Positions 27,617-36,988 of a stretch of DNA of 64,000 bases are shown piece after piece (position 1 is the stretch's first letter; every line of letters begins with the position of its first letter). A program made the position numbers and the translations under genes. The stretch is from Clostridia bacterium (lineage in GTDB: Bacteria > Bacillota > Peptococcia > DRI-13 > UBA5745), in contig JAHDMJ010000005.1 of NCBI GenBank assembly GCA_018436095.1, positions 76,400 to 140,399 on the forward strand, in the 5' to 3' direction. A model generated the notes under the pieces. The model did no database searches. It saw only the letters and a list, made by a program, of their open reading frames with translations, and was not told the origin of the DNA.

Positions 27617-29200
27617 TCAGGTATTCCCTGCTCTATTTTCCTCCACTTTATTTCCTTTGCTATTTCCCGCCCACTTGCGGTATTGGGAAGGGGTCATGCC
27701 TACCTTCTCCTTAAAAAACCTGGCGAAGTTGCCGGGATAATCAAAACCGCAGGCCACAAAGGCTTCGGCCACACTCAGGTTTTTATTGCGCAGAGCCTCT
27801 TTAAGCCGCTTTATCTTAATTCCCTGATAATAGCTGTAAGGGGTCATGCCGGTATGTTTTTTAAACAGCCGCACCAGGTGGGCGGGGCTTAAACAGACGG
27901 CGGCGGCCAAAGCAGCCATGTCGAACTCCTGACGCCAGCAGTTCTCAAGGTATTCCTTGGCTTTCGCCACATTTGGCTCCCCTTGGTAAATCCTGCTGGT
28001 AAAAAACACGCTGACCACATAAGCCAGCTTACCGCTGTCTTGGAAAACAGGAAAGTTTAAGATATCGGTATAGATTGCCTCCACATCGTAAACGGAGCTT
28101 CTTGACTTATACCATTGCCAAAAGCTCTCCAGAGGAACCCGTATATCCTGAATCAGAACGGTTTCCCCCTGAAAGGTTCTGCGGATATGGTCCCGCAGTC
28201 CGAACTCCTCATTGACCAGGGAGTCCTTAAGCAAATTATATTGGCCCAGAATCAGCGAAGGCTCCGCCACATTCCAGGCCTTAAGGACCGCTTCATTAAT
28301 GAAAATAATATCGCCCCTGGCATTGAATATCTGAATGGGCAGGGGAAAAAGCTGGAGAGTTTGAAAAAGCCGTTCTTCCTTTTCCCAGGCAAAACCGCCG
28401 GCAACAGAAGAATCATCTGCCGGCTGGCTGCCCCCGAAGCAAGAGGCGGCTGCCGCCCCTTGGGCTTTGCCGGTCTGGACCGGCAAGGTTTTGCGGTATT
28501 GGGAGGGCGTCATACCCAGCTTTTTTTTGAAAAGCTCAGCAAAATTGCCGCTGTAGTCGGCGCCGCAAAGGGCAAAGGCCTGGCTGATGCTATAGCGCCT
28601 ATCTTCTAAAGCTTCTTTAATCTTTTGGATTTTAAGCTCCTGATAATAGCTGTACGGCGTCATGCCCATATATTTTTTGAACAAGCGCACCAGATGGTAA
28701 CGGGAGAGGCCGCAATCCCTGCTGATCTTATCCGGATCAAAATTCTCCAGCCAATGAGCGTCAATATATTCCTTGGCTTTAATAATATCCAGTCTTGACT
28801 GGTAGATATGCTTCGTTTTAAATAAGGCCACCACATAAGCCAGGGTCCCTTCTTCATCGGCCAAGGGAAAGCAGATGATATCCTGATACATTTCATTTGC
28901 CGGTTCTCCGCCCTGGTCAATGGCATAACGGCTGCCCGCTTCTTCAAGAGGAGCTCTGATATCATACACGGAGAGGATCTCGCCGGCAAAGACCCGCTGC
29001 AAATAATCGGCTAAACCCAGCTTTTGATTAATATAAGGATCTTGCAGAACATTAAACCTGCCCACAATTGCCGAGGCATCAGGGAGGCGGAAAAATTCCA
29101 GGAAAGCCTTATTAATAAACAAGCTAAGCCCTGTGGGCAAAAAAACCTCCATAGGCAAAGGAAACAGCTCCAGCATAGCAAATAAATCAGCTTCCCTCAT
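27617..29200 (-). CDS. AraC/XylS-family regulator with an internally duplicated [sensor domain + AraC HTH] architecture
   Basis: 527 aa. Residues about 1-245 and about 285-515 are colinear copies: LELFPLPMEVF / LQLFPLPIQIF; KAKEYIDAHW..LSRYHLVRLFKKYMGMTPYSYYQELKIQKIKEAL..FKKKLGMTPSQYRK / KAKEYLENCW..LSPAHLVRLFKKHTGMTPYSYYQGIKIKRLKEAL..FKEKVGMTPSQYRK. Confidence 0.85.
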   Translation of the reverse strand: MREADLFAMLELFPLPMEVFLPTGLSLFINKAFLEFFRLPDASAIVGRFNVLQDPYINQKLGLADYLQRVFAGEILSVYDIRAPLEEAGSRYAIDQGGEPANEMYQDIICFPLADEEGTLAYVVALFKTKHIYQSRLDIIKAKEYIDAHWLENFDPDKISRDCGLSRYHLVRLFKKYMGMTPYSYYQELKIQKIKEALEDRRYSISQAFALCGADYSGNFAELFKKKLGMTPSQYRKTLPVQTGKAQGAAAASCFGGSQPADDSSVAGGFAWEKEERLFQTLQLFPLPIQIFNARGDIIFINEAVLKAWNVAEPSLILGQYNLLKDSLVNEEFGLRDHIRRTFQGETVLIQDIRVPLESFWQWYKSRSSVYDVEAIYTDILNFPVFQDSGKLAYVVSVFFTSRIYQGEPNVAKAKEYLENCWRQEFDMAALAAAVCLSPAHLVRLFKKHTGMTPYSYYQGIKIKRLKEALRNKNLSVAEAFVACGFDYPGNFARFFKEKVGMTPSQYRKWAGNSKGNKVEENRAGNT

Positions 29201-29343
29201 TGGCTCACCCTCCCTTGCCTGGGTAATATGCTCTATTGTATGACCCTATTGTACATTCTATAGATATTATATTTCTTGAATATACCAATAACAAGAGGCG
29301 TGCAGCCATAGCAGCACGCCCCGTTTTTATAACGCCTTGTTTA

Positions 29344-31008
29344 TTATAGCTTTTCCGTACCCTTCTCGCCGTGATGGAGATCCCGGCTGGCTTTGAAAAT
29401 ATGGTCGGATATCCGCTCCAGGAAATTGACCAGATCCATAAAATACACGCCGGCTTCCACGGTGCAAAGGCCTTTTTCCAGACGGACCACATGGCCGTCC
29501 ACCAATTCTTTGGCCTTGATATCTACCTCATCCTCCAGCTTTTTGATTCTCTCGTAATTGGGCTGGAGTTTATCGGGATCCACCAAAAGCTCCTCCAAAA
29601 GATCAAACATATCGACAACCAGGCCTTCTAATTCTTTTAAACCTACCATGGCCACATCGCTGAAGGTCAAATGCCTGTCCACTTTGATTTTGGCCAGCTT
29701 CACCAGGTCGTTGGCATGGTCGCCTGTACGCTCCACATGGTTCATACAGGTAATCAGAGCCGGAATAACGGAAGGCTGAATACCGCTCATGTTGCCTTTC
29801 GATAACTGCACGGCATAGCGGGTGAGATTTCTCTGCATAGCATTAAGCTTGGCTTCCTGGTCACTGACGTTTTCCAAAGAATCCAGATTACCGGTGTAAA
29901 TAAAATCCATGGTTTGTTTAAGCATATCTTTGGAACGCGTTACACTGGTATTGATCGCTTTTTTTGTGGCCCTAACGGCAGCTATGGGCGTATTGAGCAG
30001 CAGCTTGTCCATAACGTTGCTGTCATCATCGTCTTCCCAGTCCTTTTCTTTCTTCTGCTTAACAACAGACTCCAGAAAGCGGACAAAGTATTTGGTAAAG
30101 GGCATAAAGATAATCGCAGAGGCCACGTTGAAGATGGTATGAGTATTGGCGATCAATACATCCAGGCCGGCATCGCTGTAATACATGCCCGTAAACCATC
30201 TGACCATGCCTGCAAATTGGGGTACGAAGAAAAAGATGAGAACCACGCCGGCAAGGTTATAAAGGGTATGAGCCCAAGCTGTCCGCCGGGCATTGATATT
30301 GCCGCTCATGGAGGCCAACTGAGCCGTAATACAGGTGCCGATATTATCACCCAGGGTAAGATAAATAGCCGTGGGAAAATCAATAAGGCCGGTGGTGCCT
30401 AAAACCATAACGAGAGCTACAGTCGCCGTTGAACTATGGACCATGGCCGTGGCTACAATGCCCAACAGCACGCCCACCAGCGGTATAGAGGCATAGTTGG
30501 CAAAAAAGTAGCGCAAAGTCTCGCTGTTTTGCATGTAAGGAGCACCAGTATTAAGGATATAAAGGCCGTAGAACAGCATGCCGAAGCCCATTACAGCGCC
30601 GCCAAGATTTTTCCAGTGCTCTTTTTTGGCAAAATACGTCATAGCAAAGCCTATACCTAACACAGGCAGAGCAATTTCCGTCAGCTTAAATTTAAAACTC
30701 AGAGCCATCAACTGAGCCGTTACCGTAGTACCGATATTGGCTCCGTAAATAATACCTACGGCCTGGCTGAATTTCATAAGGCCTGCATTAACAAAGCCCA
30801 CCGTCAGCACAGTAACGGCGGTGCTGCTTTGAACCACGGCCGTAATTAAGATACCTACCAAAGTAGATTTAAATACATTGCCCGTCAAAGCTCCCAATAT
30901 TTTTTTCATTACGGGACCGGAGGCCTTCTCCAGTCCGTCGCCCATCATTTCAATGCCGTACATCAATAAAGCGGTGCCGCCGATCAATCCGAATATCAGC
31001 TCTCTCAT
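29344..31008 (-). CDS. Na/Pi cotransporter family protein with C-terminal PhoU-like domains
   Basis: 554 aa: GTALLMYGIEMMGDGLEKA...VQSSTAVTVLTVGFVNAGLM, with the second half-repeat VHSSTATVALVMVL. The C-terminal helical PhoU-like region has HVERTGDHANDL and FLERISDHIF. Confidence 0.85.
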   Translation of the reverse strand: MRELIFGLIGGTALLMYGIEMMGDGLEKASGPVMKKILGALTGNVFKSTLVGILITAVVQSSTAVTVLTVGFVNAGLMKFSQAVGIIYGANIGTTVTAQLMALSFKFKLTEIALPVLGIGFAMTYFAKKEHWKNLGGAVMGFGMLFYGLYILNTGAPYMQNSETLRYFFANYASIPLVGVLLGIVATAMVHSSTATVALVMVLGTTGLIDFPTAIYLTLGDNIGTCITAQLASMSGNINARRTAWAHTLYNLAGVVLIFFFVPQFAGMVRWFTGMYYSDAGLDVLIANTHTIFNVASAIIFMPFTKYFVRFLESVVKQKKEKDWEDDDDSNVMDKLLLNTPIAAVRATKKAINTSVTRSKDMLKQTMDFIYTGNLDSLENVSDQEAKLNAMQRNLTRYAVQLSKGNMSGIQPSVIPALITCMNHVERTGDHANDLVKLAKIKVDRHLTFSDVAMVGLKELEGLVVDMFDLLEELLVDPDKLQPNYERIKKLEDEVDIKAKELVDGHVVRLEKGLCTVEAGVYFMDLVNFLERISDHIFKASRDLHHGEKGTEKL

Positions 31009-31040
31009 TTTCTACTCCTTAAATGGGGTTTACTTCCCCT

Positions 31041-31958
31041 TTATTTTAAGAATCCCTGCAAAATGGTGGCTTCCGCTTCTTCCTCCGTCAGCCCTAAAGT
31101 CATTAGCTTGATAATCTGCTCACCGGCAATTTTGCCTATAGCAGCCTCGTGAATTAACTGAGCGTCGGGATGCTGGGCGTCAATCTCCGGTATGGAACGG
31201 ACTTGCGCATTATCCATAATGATGGAGTCGCACTGCAAATGAGCCCTGCATTTATTTTTGCCGATTACTCGGGGATAAAATACTTGTTTGGAGCGGTCCT
31301 TAGCTACTGTACGGGAAATTACCTGGACGCTGCCGTCTTCTCCGACTACCTCCACATCCATCCGGGTCTCCGCATACTGCTCTCCATGGGTCAATAAGCG
31401 CTCTTCCAGAATCAGACGGGCGCCGGCTCCCACAGTGCCTTTTGTGGTCCGCAAGGTAGAGTTTATCCCTTTTATCTGCACCATCTCCATTTCAGCATAT
31501 GACCCATCGGCCATTTCAATGATGGTTTCCGGGTTAAATATACGCTGGCCCTTGCCGTCACCTTGGCCGTAATGCTTCTCCACATAACGGACCTTGGCAT
31601 TTTTGCCGATGTGAAAGGTATGAATGCCGTCGTGGCGGCTTTCGCCGTCGCCGCCGTTATGAATGCCGCAGCCGGCTACGATCAAAACTTCCGCATTATC
31701 TCCGATAAAAAAGTCATTATATACCATATCCTGCATACCGGTTTCCGTCAGCAATACGGGAATATGGACGCTTTCGTTTTTTGTCCCCTCCTTGATAATG
31801 ATGTCGATGCCCGGTTTATCCTTTTTGGTGACGATGTCGATATTTGCCGTGGTATTTCTGGTCAATAACTGGCCGTTTTTGCGGATATTCATGGCTCCTT
31901 GCGGTATTTCGTGAAGATCCGCCACCGCCGCCAACAGTTCTTTATCTAATGCAAGCAT
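31041..31958 (-). CDS. SufB/SufD-family Fe-S cluster assembly protein
   Basis: Beta-helix-like SufBD pattern ending in HEAAIGKIAGEQIIKLMTLGLTEEEAEATILQGF. The ATG at 31958 has an AAGGGGAG RBS and overlaps the sufC end. Confidence 0.8.
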   Translation of the reverse strand: MLALDKELLAAVADLHEIPQGAMNIRKNGQLLTRNTTANIDIVTKKDKPGIDIIIKEGTKNESVHIPVLLTETGMQDMVYNDFFIGDNAEVLIVAGCGIHNGGDGESRHDGIHTFHIGKNAKVRYVEKHYGQGDGKGQRIFNPETIIEMADGSYAEMEMVQIKGINSTLRTTKGTVGAGARLILEERLLTHGEQYAETRMDVEVVGEDGSVQVISRTVAKDRSKQVFYPRVIGKNKCRAHLQCDSIIMDNAQVRSIPEIDAQHPDAQLIHEAAIGKIAGEQIIKLMTLGLTEEEAEATILQGFLK

Positions 31959-32688
31959 ATTTTTTCTCCCCTTTGCCCAATTCACAGCCTTCAGGGCTGC
32001 ACAGCAATCCCGGCAGGATTTTTTCTTTGGCGTCCTGGGCTGCTACCACGCCTTCCCGGATCATGATGATTTCGTCGGCCAATTCCAGGATTCTCTCCTG
32101 ATGGGAGATAATCACGATAGTGCCATCGCTGTCCTTATGCAAAGCTGAGAAGGTCTCCGTTAATTTAGCAAAGCTCCACAGATCAATACCGGCTTCCGGC
32201 TCATCAAAAACAGCCAGCTTCAGCTTGCGGTTTAATAAGGTGGCAATTTCGATACGTTTCAACTCGCCGCCGGACAGGCTGGCGTCCACATCCCGGTTGA
32301 TATAATCCTGGGTGCATAAGCCCACTTGCCGCAGGGCTGTCTCACAATAGGCCCTCTTCTTTCGGTCTTTATCCGCTGCCAAATTCAGCAGTTCGCCGAC
32401 TTTAATGCCCTTAAAACGGGGCGCTTGTTGAAAAGAATAGCCGATGCCCATTTTTGCCCTTTCCGTAATGGAAGCATCGGTTATATTTTTCCCTTCAAGC
32501 CAGATCTCACCGGAGGTGGGCTGAAGAATACCCATAATAATTTTAGCGAGAGTAGATTTGCCGCCGCCGTTAGGCCCGGTGATTACATAAAAGCGTCCCC
32601 TTTCCAAAGTCAAATTAATACCGTTTAAAATATCGTTTTTGCCCTTCTCATCCTGGGCAGCGTATGTAATATTTTTTAATTCTAACAT
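31942..32688 (-). CDS. sufC: SufC-type ABC ATPase
   Basis: 248 aa: Walker A GPNGGGKST, signature LSGGELKR, Walker B LAVFDEPEAGID, H-loop ISHQ. Confidence 0.85.
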   Translation of the reverse strand: MLELKNITYAAQDEKGKNDILNGINLTLERGRFYVITGPNGGGKSTLAKIIMGILQPTSGEIWLEGKNITDASITERAKMGIGYSFQQAPRFKGIKVGELLNLAADKDRKKRAYCETALRQVGLCTQDYINRDVDASLSGGELKRIEIATLLNRKLKLAVFDEPEAGIDLWSFAKLTETFSALHKDSDGTIVIISHQERILELADEIIMIREGVVAAQDAKEKILPGLLCSPEGCELGKGEKKYACIR

Positions 32689-32728
32689 TCGTTACGACCT
32701 TTCTGCCGTTTATAATCGATATGTTTTA

Positions 32729-32757
32729 ATACTACAAAAAACTCGCAAATACGTCAA
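32729..32757 (-). promoter_or_regulatory. Sigma-A-type promoter for sufCB
   Basis: Minus strand: TTGACG, 17 nt, TAGTAT, about 40 nt upstream of the sufC ATG. Confidence 0.5.
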
Positions 32758-32787
32758 GCTAAAGAATTGTTTATGTAAAGTTCTCGT

Positions 32788-32816
32788 AAAAAAAGAGGCA
32801 AGCCGGCTAGCTTACC
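32788..32816 (-). terminator. Candidate rho-independent terminator after the YhcN/YlaJ-like gene
   Basis: Minus strand: GGTAAGC-tagccg-GCTTGCC (one G-U pair) followed by TCTTTTTTT. Confidence 0.5.
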
Positions 32817-32846
32817 CCTAATCTCTTTCCATGGTTCGTTTTCCTT

Positions 32847-33527
32847 TTACATACCGGTGATGCGGCGGCCGATATCCTTCAGGTCATCCCAAACAGAATC
32901 TACAGTAGTTCTGCCGTTGTACAAATCATCCCGGATGCCGCGGATATCCGTTACGTTCTGCGTATCAGCAGTCACGTATACCGTGTTGACGCTGGGAACC
33001 TTGTCTTTAACCAGCCTGGTAATTTCCTCCTGCAAGCCGTTGGGTAAAGCTATGCTTTCGTTGACCAGATCCGTACCCATAGAAGTGCTGCCTGTGCCGG
33101 TAACATTAGCCCCATTGCCTACGCCGGTAGCGTTGCTTTCAGCAGCAGGAGCCGGGGTTACAGGGGTTTCCGTAACGGGAGGTGTGGTGGTAGCCGGAGG
33201 ATTTACCGCAGTATCAGGGTTATCATTCAAAGGATCCAGGGGCGCTTCCGCTCCGCCGTTATCCAGTTCTACGGCAACCCAGGCCGTATCCTGAGATAAA
33301 ACCACACTGGCTCTGCTGATACCGTTAAGATCGGCAATTTCCTTTTCCAAAGTATCCACCATGGCCGTATCATAGGTAGTATTCGTCTGAGCCGGCCCGC
33401 TGGGGTTAGTGGGGGTGGTGGTACCATCCGGCCTTCTGGAACCGCAGCCGGCCAATACTGTAAAGGACAATAAAAGTATAGCCACTGTTAATGCCAAAAA
33501 CCGAAAAAGCCCTTTTTTGCTTTTCAA
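32847..33527 (-). CDS. YhcN/YlaJ-family sporulation lipoprotein
   Basis: Lipobox TVLAGCGS. SRASVVLSQDTAWVAVEL ... VNTVYVTADTQNVTDIRGIRDDL is typical of the YhcN/YlaJ family. P/T-rich linker. Confidence 0.65.
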   Translation of the reverse strand: MKSKKGLFRFLALTVAILLLSFTVLAGCGSRRPDGTTTPTNPSGPAQTNTTYDTAMVDTLEKEIADLNGISRASVVLSQDTAWVAVELDNGGAEAPLDPLNDNPDTAVNPPATTTPPVTETPVTPAPAAESNATGVGNGANVTGTGSTSMGTDLVNESIALPNGLQEEITRLVKDKVPSVNTVYVTADTQNVTDIRGIRDDLYNGRTTVDSVWDDLKDIGRRITGM

Positions 33528-33619
33528 CGTGTTTCACTCCTTTTCAAATGGTTGGTTTTCAGCTATTATTATGTTCTGAGGTTTTTTTTTTATGTATTCG
33601 TAAAGAGGGGATCTTTTCT

Positions 33620-34270
33620 ATGGATAAAAATGGAATTTTTATTGTGTTGGAAGGGCTGGACGGCTGCGGTACCACTACCCAAACAGCTCTTTTAAAAGAT
33701 TGGTTTGCCGGCGAAGGCGGTAAATACGGCAAATGCGCCGCTACCTGCGAGCCTACGGCCGGTCCCGCCGGCAGCCTGGCCCGCATGGCCTTAAATCACC
33801 GGCTTCATCTGGACAAGCATACCCTGGCCCTGCTTTTTGCCGCCGACCGGACGGACCACGTTTTTAAAAAAAATGAGGGCGGCCAGGAGCCGGGCCTGGC
33901 CCAGCGGCTGGCCCAGGGAGTACATGTCATCAGCGACCGCTATCTCCTGTCCTCTTTGGCCTATCAATCCCTGGATTTGCCAATGGAATGGATCCTCCAG
34001 ATCAATAGCCGGGTAATCAAGCCGGATTTGACGATTTATATCGATATCGATCCGGAAACCGCTCAAAAAAGGTTAAGCCAGGGCCGCTTGCATCAAGACC
34101 TTTATGAAGCTTTGGAGACACAGCGGCGGGTAAGGCAGCAATATGAGGAAGCCATGGCCTTGCTGATTAAGGACGGTCACCGCATCAGCCGTGTCAACGG
34201 CGACCAGCCCATGAACGCTTTGCGGGATGATATCATCAAAGAGCTTTTACCTTTTTTAGAAAAATTATAA
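33620..34270 (+). CDS. Thymidylate-kinase-like protein with an atypical P-loop lacking the lysine
   Basis: 216 aa from ATG 33620 (RBS AGAGGGG). FIVLEGLDGCGTTTQ replaces the usual EGxDGxGK(S/T)T. The DRYLLSSLAYQ motif is conserved. Confidence 0.7.
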   Translation: MDKNGIFIVLEGLDGCGTTTQTALLKDWFAGEGGKYGKCAATCEPTAGPAGSLARMALNHRLHLDKHTLALLFAADRTDHVFKKNEGGQEPGLAQRLAQGVHVISDRYLLSSLAYQSLDLPMEWILQINSRVIKPDLTIYIDIDPETAQKRLSQGRLHQDLYEALETQRRVRQQYEEAMALLIKDGHRISRVNGDQPMNALRDDIIKELLPFLEKL

Positions 34271-34272
34271 GC

Positions 34273-34328
34273 AAAAAAAGTGTCTCAGAATAGTTTTTGC
34301 AAGCTGTTCTGAGACACTTATATTTTTA
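34273..34328. terminator. Bidirectional rho-independent terminator
   Basis: An A-run, then AAGTGTCTCAGAA ... TTCTGAGACACTT (13-bp perfect stem), then TATATTTTT. Confidence 0.8.
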
Positions 34329-34373
34329 AACGCATTCAATTTAAGGATGGCTTATTAAAGATAACTTGCTTCT

Positions 34374-34952
34374 CTAGTCAAGGGGTACAATGCCGTTGAG
34401 AGATTCGATGACCTTGGCCAGTTGCTGGCTTTTTTCGTCATATAAAGGGATGAGACTCTCCAAATACTCCCGGGAAGGCATGATTTCGTTGGTATTGCTT
34501 CCTGCCTTGGTCGTGCCCAGCACCTTCGGCTTCTCGGCGGTTCCGCCTTCCGCCTGCTTGCCGTCTTCCGCCGCCTCGGCAGTAGCGCTGATGATATCGG
34601 AAAGAATAGTAGTCAGTACCCGTTGCGCTTCCTTGATGGTTTCCAGATCTTTTTTCAATGCTTCCGCAGACTGGTTGCCGCCTTTACCGTTTTTTAAAAG
34701 CAACTCCTCCAACCGCTGCTTGGCTTCGTTGGCTTTCTTGACCACTTCCAGCCGGTTTTCCAGCAGCGTCTGCCTGGATTCCTTTACTTTATCATATAGC
34801 TCGGTAATGCTTAGCTGCGAATCATCGGCAGCTTCCGCCGCCGGCTTGGGCGTTGCCACTTGATTCGTCGCCAATAAAGGCATAGCCGTATACAACATAC
34901 ATAATGTCATAAGAAGGATAAACACCAAAAATCTTAATTTTTTTCCTTCCAT
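34374..34952 (-). CDS. Secreted coiled-coil protein of unknown function
   Basis: 192 aa with an N-terminal signal/anchor (FLVFILLMTLCMLYTAMPLLA). The remainder is E/K/L-rich and helical. Confidence 0.55.
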   Translation of the reverse strand: MEGKKLRFLVFILLMTLCMLYTAMPLLATNQVATPKPAAEAADDSQLSITELYDKVKESRQTLLENRLEVVKKANEAKQRLEELLLKNGKGGNQSAEALKKDLETIKEAQRVLTTILSDIISATAEAAEDGKQAEGGTAEKPKVLGTTKAGSNTNEIMPSREYLESLIPLYDEKSQQLAKVIESLNGIVPLD

Positions 34953-35029
34953 CAGGGGAGCGCCTCCTCTGCGCTAATTCTCTACTTTATTCCGGCCAAC
35001 AGCCAACGGCGCCGCCGGAGGTCAAATAA

Positions 35030-35368
35030 TCAATCCTTGCTCACCGTCTCTCCGGTAATAGCTTCGTCCAGCCTTCCCGCCAGCTCCACCAACCGGTCCA
35101 ACTCCTGGGCAATTTCCTCCAAAACCAAGCGGTCTTCTTCATTAGAAAGAGAATTTTTTGAACGGTAGATCAAACGTGCAGGTATAGGACCCTCCCCTTC
35201 TACAATCAAGCCTTCCAGCGATTCCACCATGGCGGGGCCTTCCCGAAAAGAGCTGCTGCCGCTTTCTTCAACTTGACCGCAACCTGTCCCGGCAAAGGCC
35301 AGAATCAAAACAGCCATGCCGCAGCTTGTCAAAAACCTGATTTTTCGGAAGTATCCACCTTTCGTCAT
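35030..35368 (-). CDS. Small lipoprotein of unknown function
   Basis: ATG 35368 has a GAGGAGAAG RBS. Lipobox LAFAGTGCGQ. The upstream extension in the track is unlikely. Confidence 0.55.
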   Translation of the reverse strand: MTKGGYFRKIRFLTSCGMAVLILAFAGTGCGQVEESGSSSFREGPAMVESLEGLIVEGEGPIPARLIYRSKNSLSNEEDRLVLEEIAQELDRLVELAGRLDEAITGETVSKD

Positions 35369-35516
35369 TTTCTTCTCCTCATTGAGTATTATACGCAATT
35401 CAACGTAAAAAGTCTTAAACAAACTTCAGTGAATTTGTAAACAATATTTGAAACTTTATTAGTGTATCGCCCCGCTCGTTTTTGAATAAATAGTGCAGGA
35501 TGAAGGGGACGCTGCA

Positions 35517-36977
35517 CTAGGCTTCTCCTTCTTCCCCTATTGGCATGGTGAACCAGGCTTTTGTTCCCTCCCCTACCTGGCTTTCCACCCAGATTTGGCC
35601 CCGGTGCTGCTCCACCATGGCCTTTGCAATGTTTAGCCCCAGGCCGGCGCCGCCGGTTCTGCTATGGCGGGATTTGTCGGTTCGGTAAAAACGTTCAAAG
35701 ATAAAAGGCAATTCCTCGGCGTCAATACCGATGCCGGTATCGATAACGCCAAATTTTACCCACTTGCCCTGACGCTCCACCTCCACCAGAATCTTGCCCG
35801 GCGGATCCGTATATTTGATGGCATTGCTGAGGAGGTTTAGCATGATCTGCCGGAAGCGGTCGCTGTCGGCAACAATGGATAAATCCTCGGGGCAAAGCAT
35901 TTCCACCTGCAGGCCCGGCTTTTTCTCCTTAATATTCAGGGAACCGATGATGAAGGTCAAGGCGTCGAAAACCCGGAACTTCTCCAGAAACAGCTCTTCA
36001 CCGCCGTTTTCCATTTTGACCAGGTCTAAAATTTCACCGGTGAGGCTGATCAGCCGCCGGGTTTCCTGCTGAATGATGGTTAACACCGCCGGTATTTCGT
36101 CTTTAGGCACCAATCCATCCTTCATGCCCTGGACAAATCCGGAAATGGACGTCAATGGCGTCCGCAATTCGTGGGATATACCGGCGATAAAATCCCGGCG
36201 CATGGTTTCAATATGCTCCAGCTTGCCTTTCATTTCATTGAAGACCCGGATTAGCTGGCTCAACTCATCATCGCCGGCGCTGGCAATATCCTCTACGGGA
36301 TTGCCGGCGGCAATCTGGGCAGCAGCCCGCTCCAATTCCCGCAAGGACCGGGAAGTTCTGGTGGAATAAAGATAAATTACCAGTATACCCATGATCCCCA
36401 TTACCGCACCCACAGACCAAATCTGAATGTAAATCTGGACTAAGCCGCTGCGGATCTGTTCTACGGGCGAGTATTGAAGAATAGCGCCTTTAACCACTCC
36501 ATCCACCACCAAGGGCAACCCATGATATACCATATAGGTGTCCTGTGCTACGGAATACTCTTCCTTTCTGAACACCTGGCCATTTTTCATGATATTGATG
36601 AGGTCCTCTATAATATAGCTGTCCTTAACGCCTTTATCGGTGTTATCCTCATAGTATTTGTTCAGTCCTTCCGCATCAACTTCCACCGCATAGATAACGG
36701 AATCCATGACTCTGCCGATGGCATCTGTAGATCGTTCAAAGCCCTCTCTGGAAATTTCACCGTTTAGCCAGGCCACATAATAATCATTGACCTGCTGGGC
36801 TCCATTGCCCAGACTGTGTTCTTTTTCCGAGAATACAAAGGCTTGGTAAATGAAAGTAATGGCCGCAGTGGATGCGGCCAGGGTAATAATAAAAATCGTC
36901 AAATATCCAATTAAAAGTTTGGCAAATAAAGATTTAAACACCCTCGGTCTCCCATCTGATGCAAAATCACAATTCAT
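35517..36977 (-). CDS. Sensor histidine kinase (TM-sensor-TM, HAMP, HisKA, HATPase_c)
   Basis: 486 aa: H-box FIAGISHELRTPLTSI, N-box LLSNAIKYT, G-boxes DTGIGI and GGAGLGLNIAK. Confidence 0.9.
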   Translation of the reverse strand: MNCDFASDGRPRVFKSLFAKLLIGYLTIFIITLAASTAAITFIYQAFVFSEKEHSLGNGAQQVNDYYVAWLNGEISREGFERSTDAIGRVMDSVIYAVEVDAEGLNKYYEDNTDKGVKDSYIIEDLINIMKNGQVFRKEEYSVAQDTYMVYHGLPLVVDGVVKGAILQYSPVEQIRSGLVQIYIQIWSVGAVMGIMGILVIYLYSTRTSRSLRELERAAAQIAAGNPVEDIASAGDDELSQLIRVFNEMKGKLEHIETMRRDFIAGISHELRTPLTSISGFVQGMKDGLVPKDEIPAVLTIIQQETRRLISLTGEILDLVKMENGGEELFLEKFRVFDALTFIIGSLNIKEKKPGLQVEMLCPEDLSIVADSDRFRQIMLNLLSNAIKYTDPPGKILVEVERQGKWVKFGVIDTGIGIDAEELPFIFERFYRTDKSRHSRTGGAGLGLNIAKAMVEQHRGQIWVESQVGEGTKAWFTMPIGEEGEA

Positions 36978-36988
36978 TCATCCACGGC

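Noticed and set aside
29205-29492. The 95-aa ORF between the AraC and Na/Pi genes
   Set aside because: It overlaps the 3' end of the Na/Pi-PhoU gene in another frame. It has no RBS and an improbable composition.
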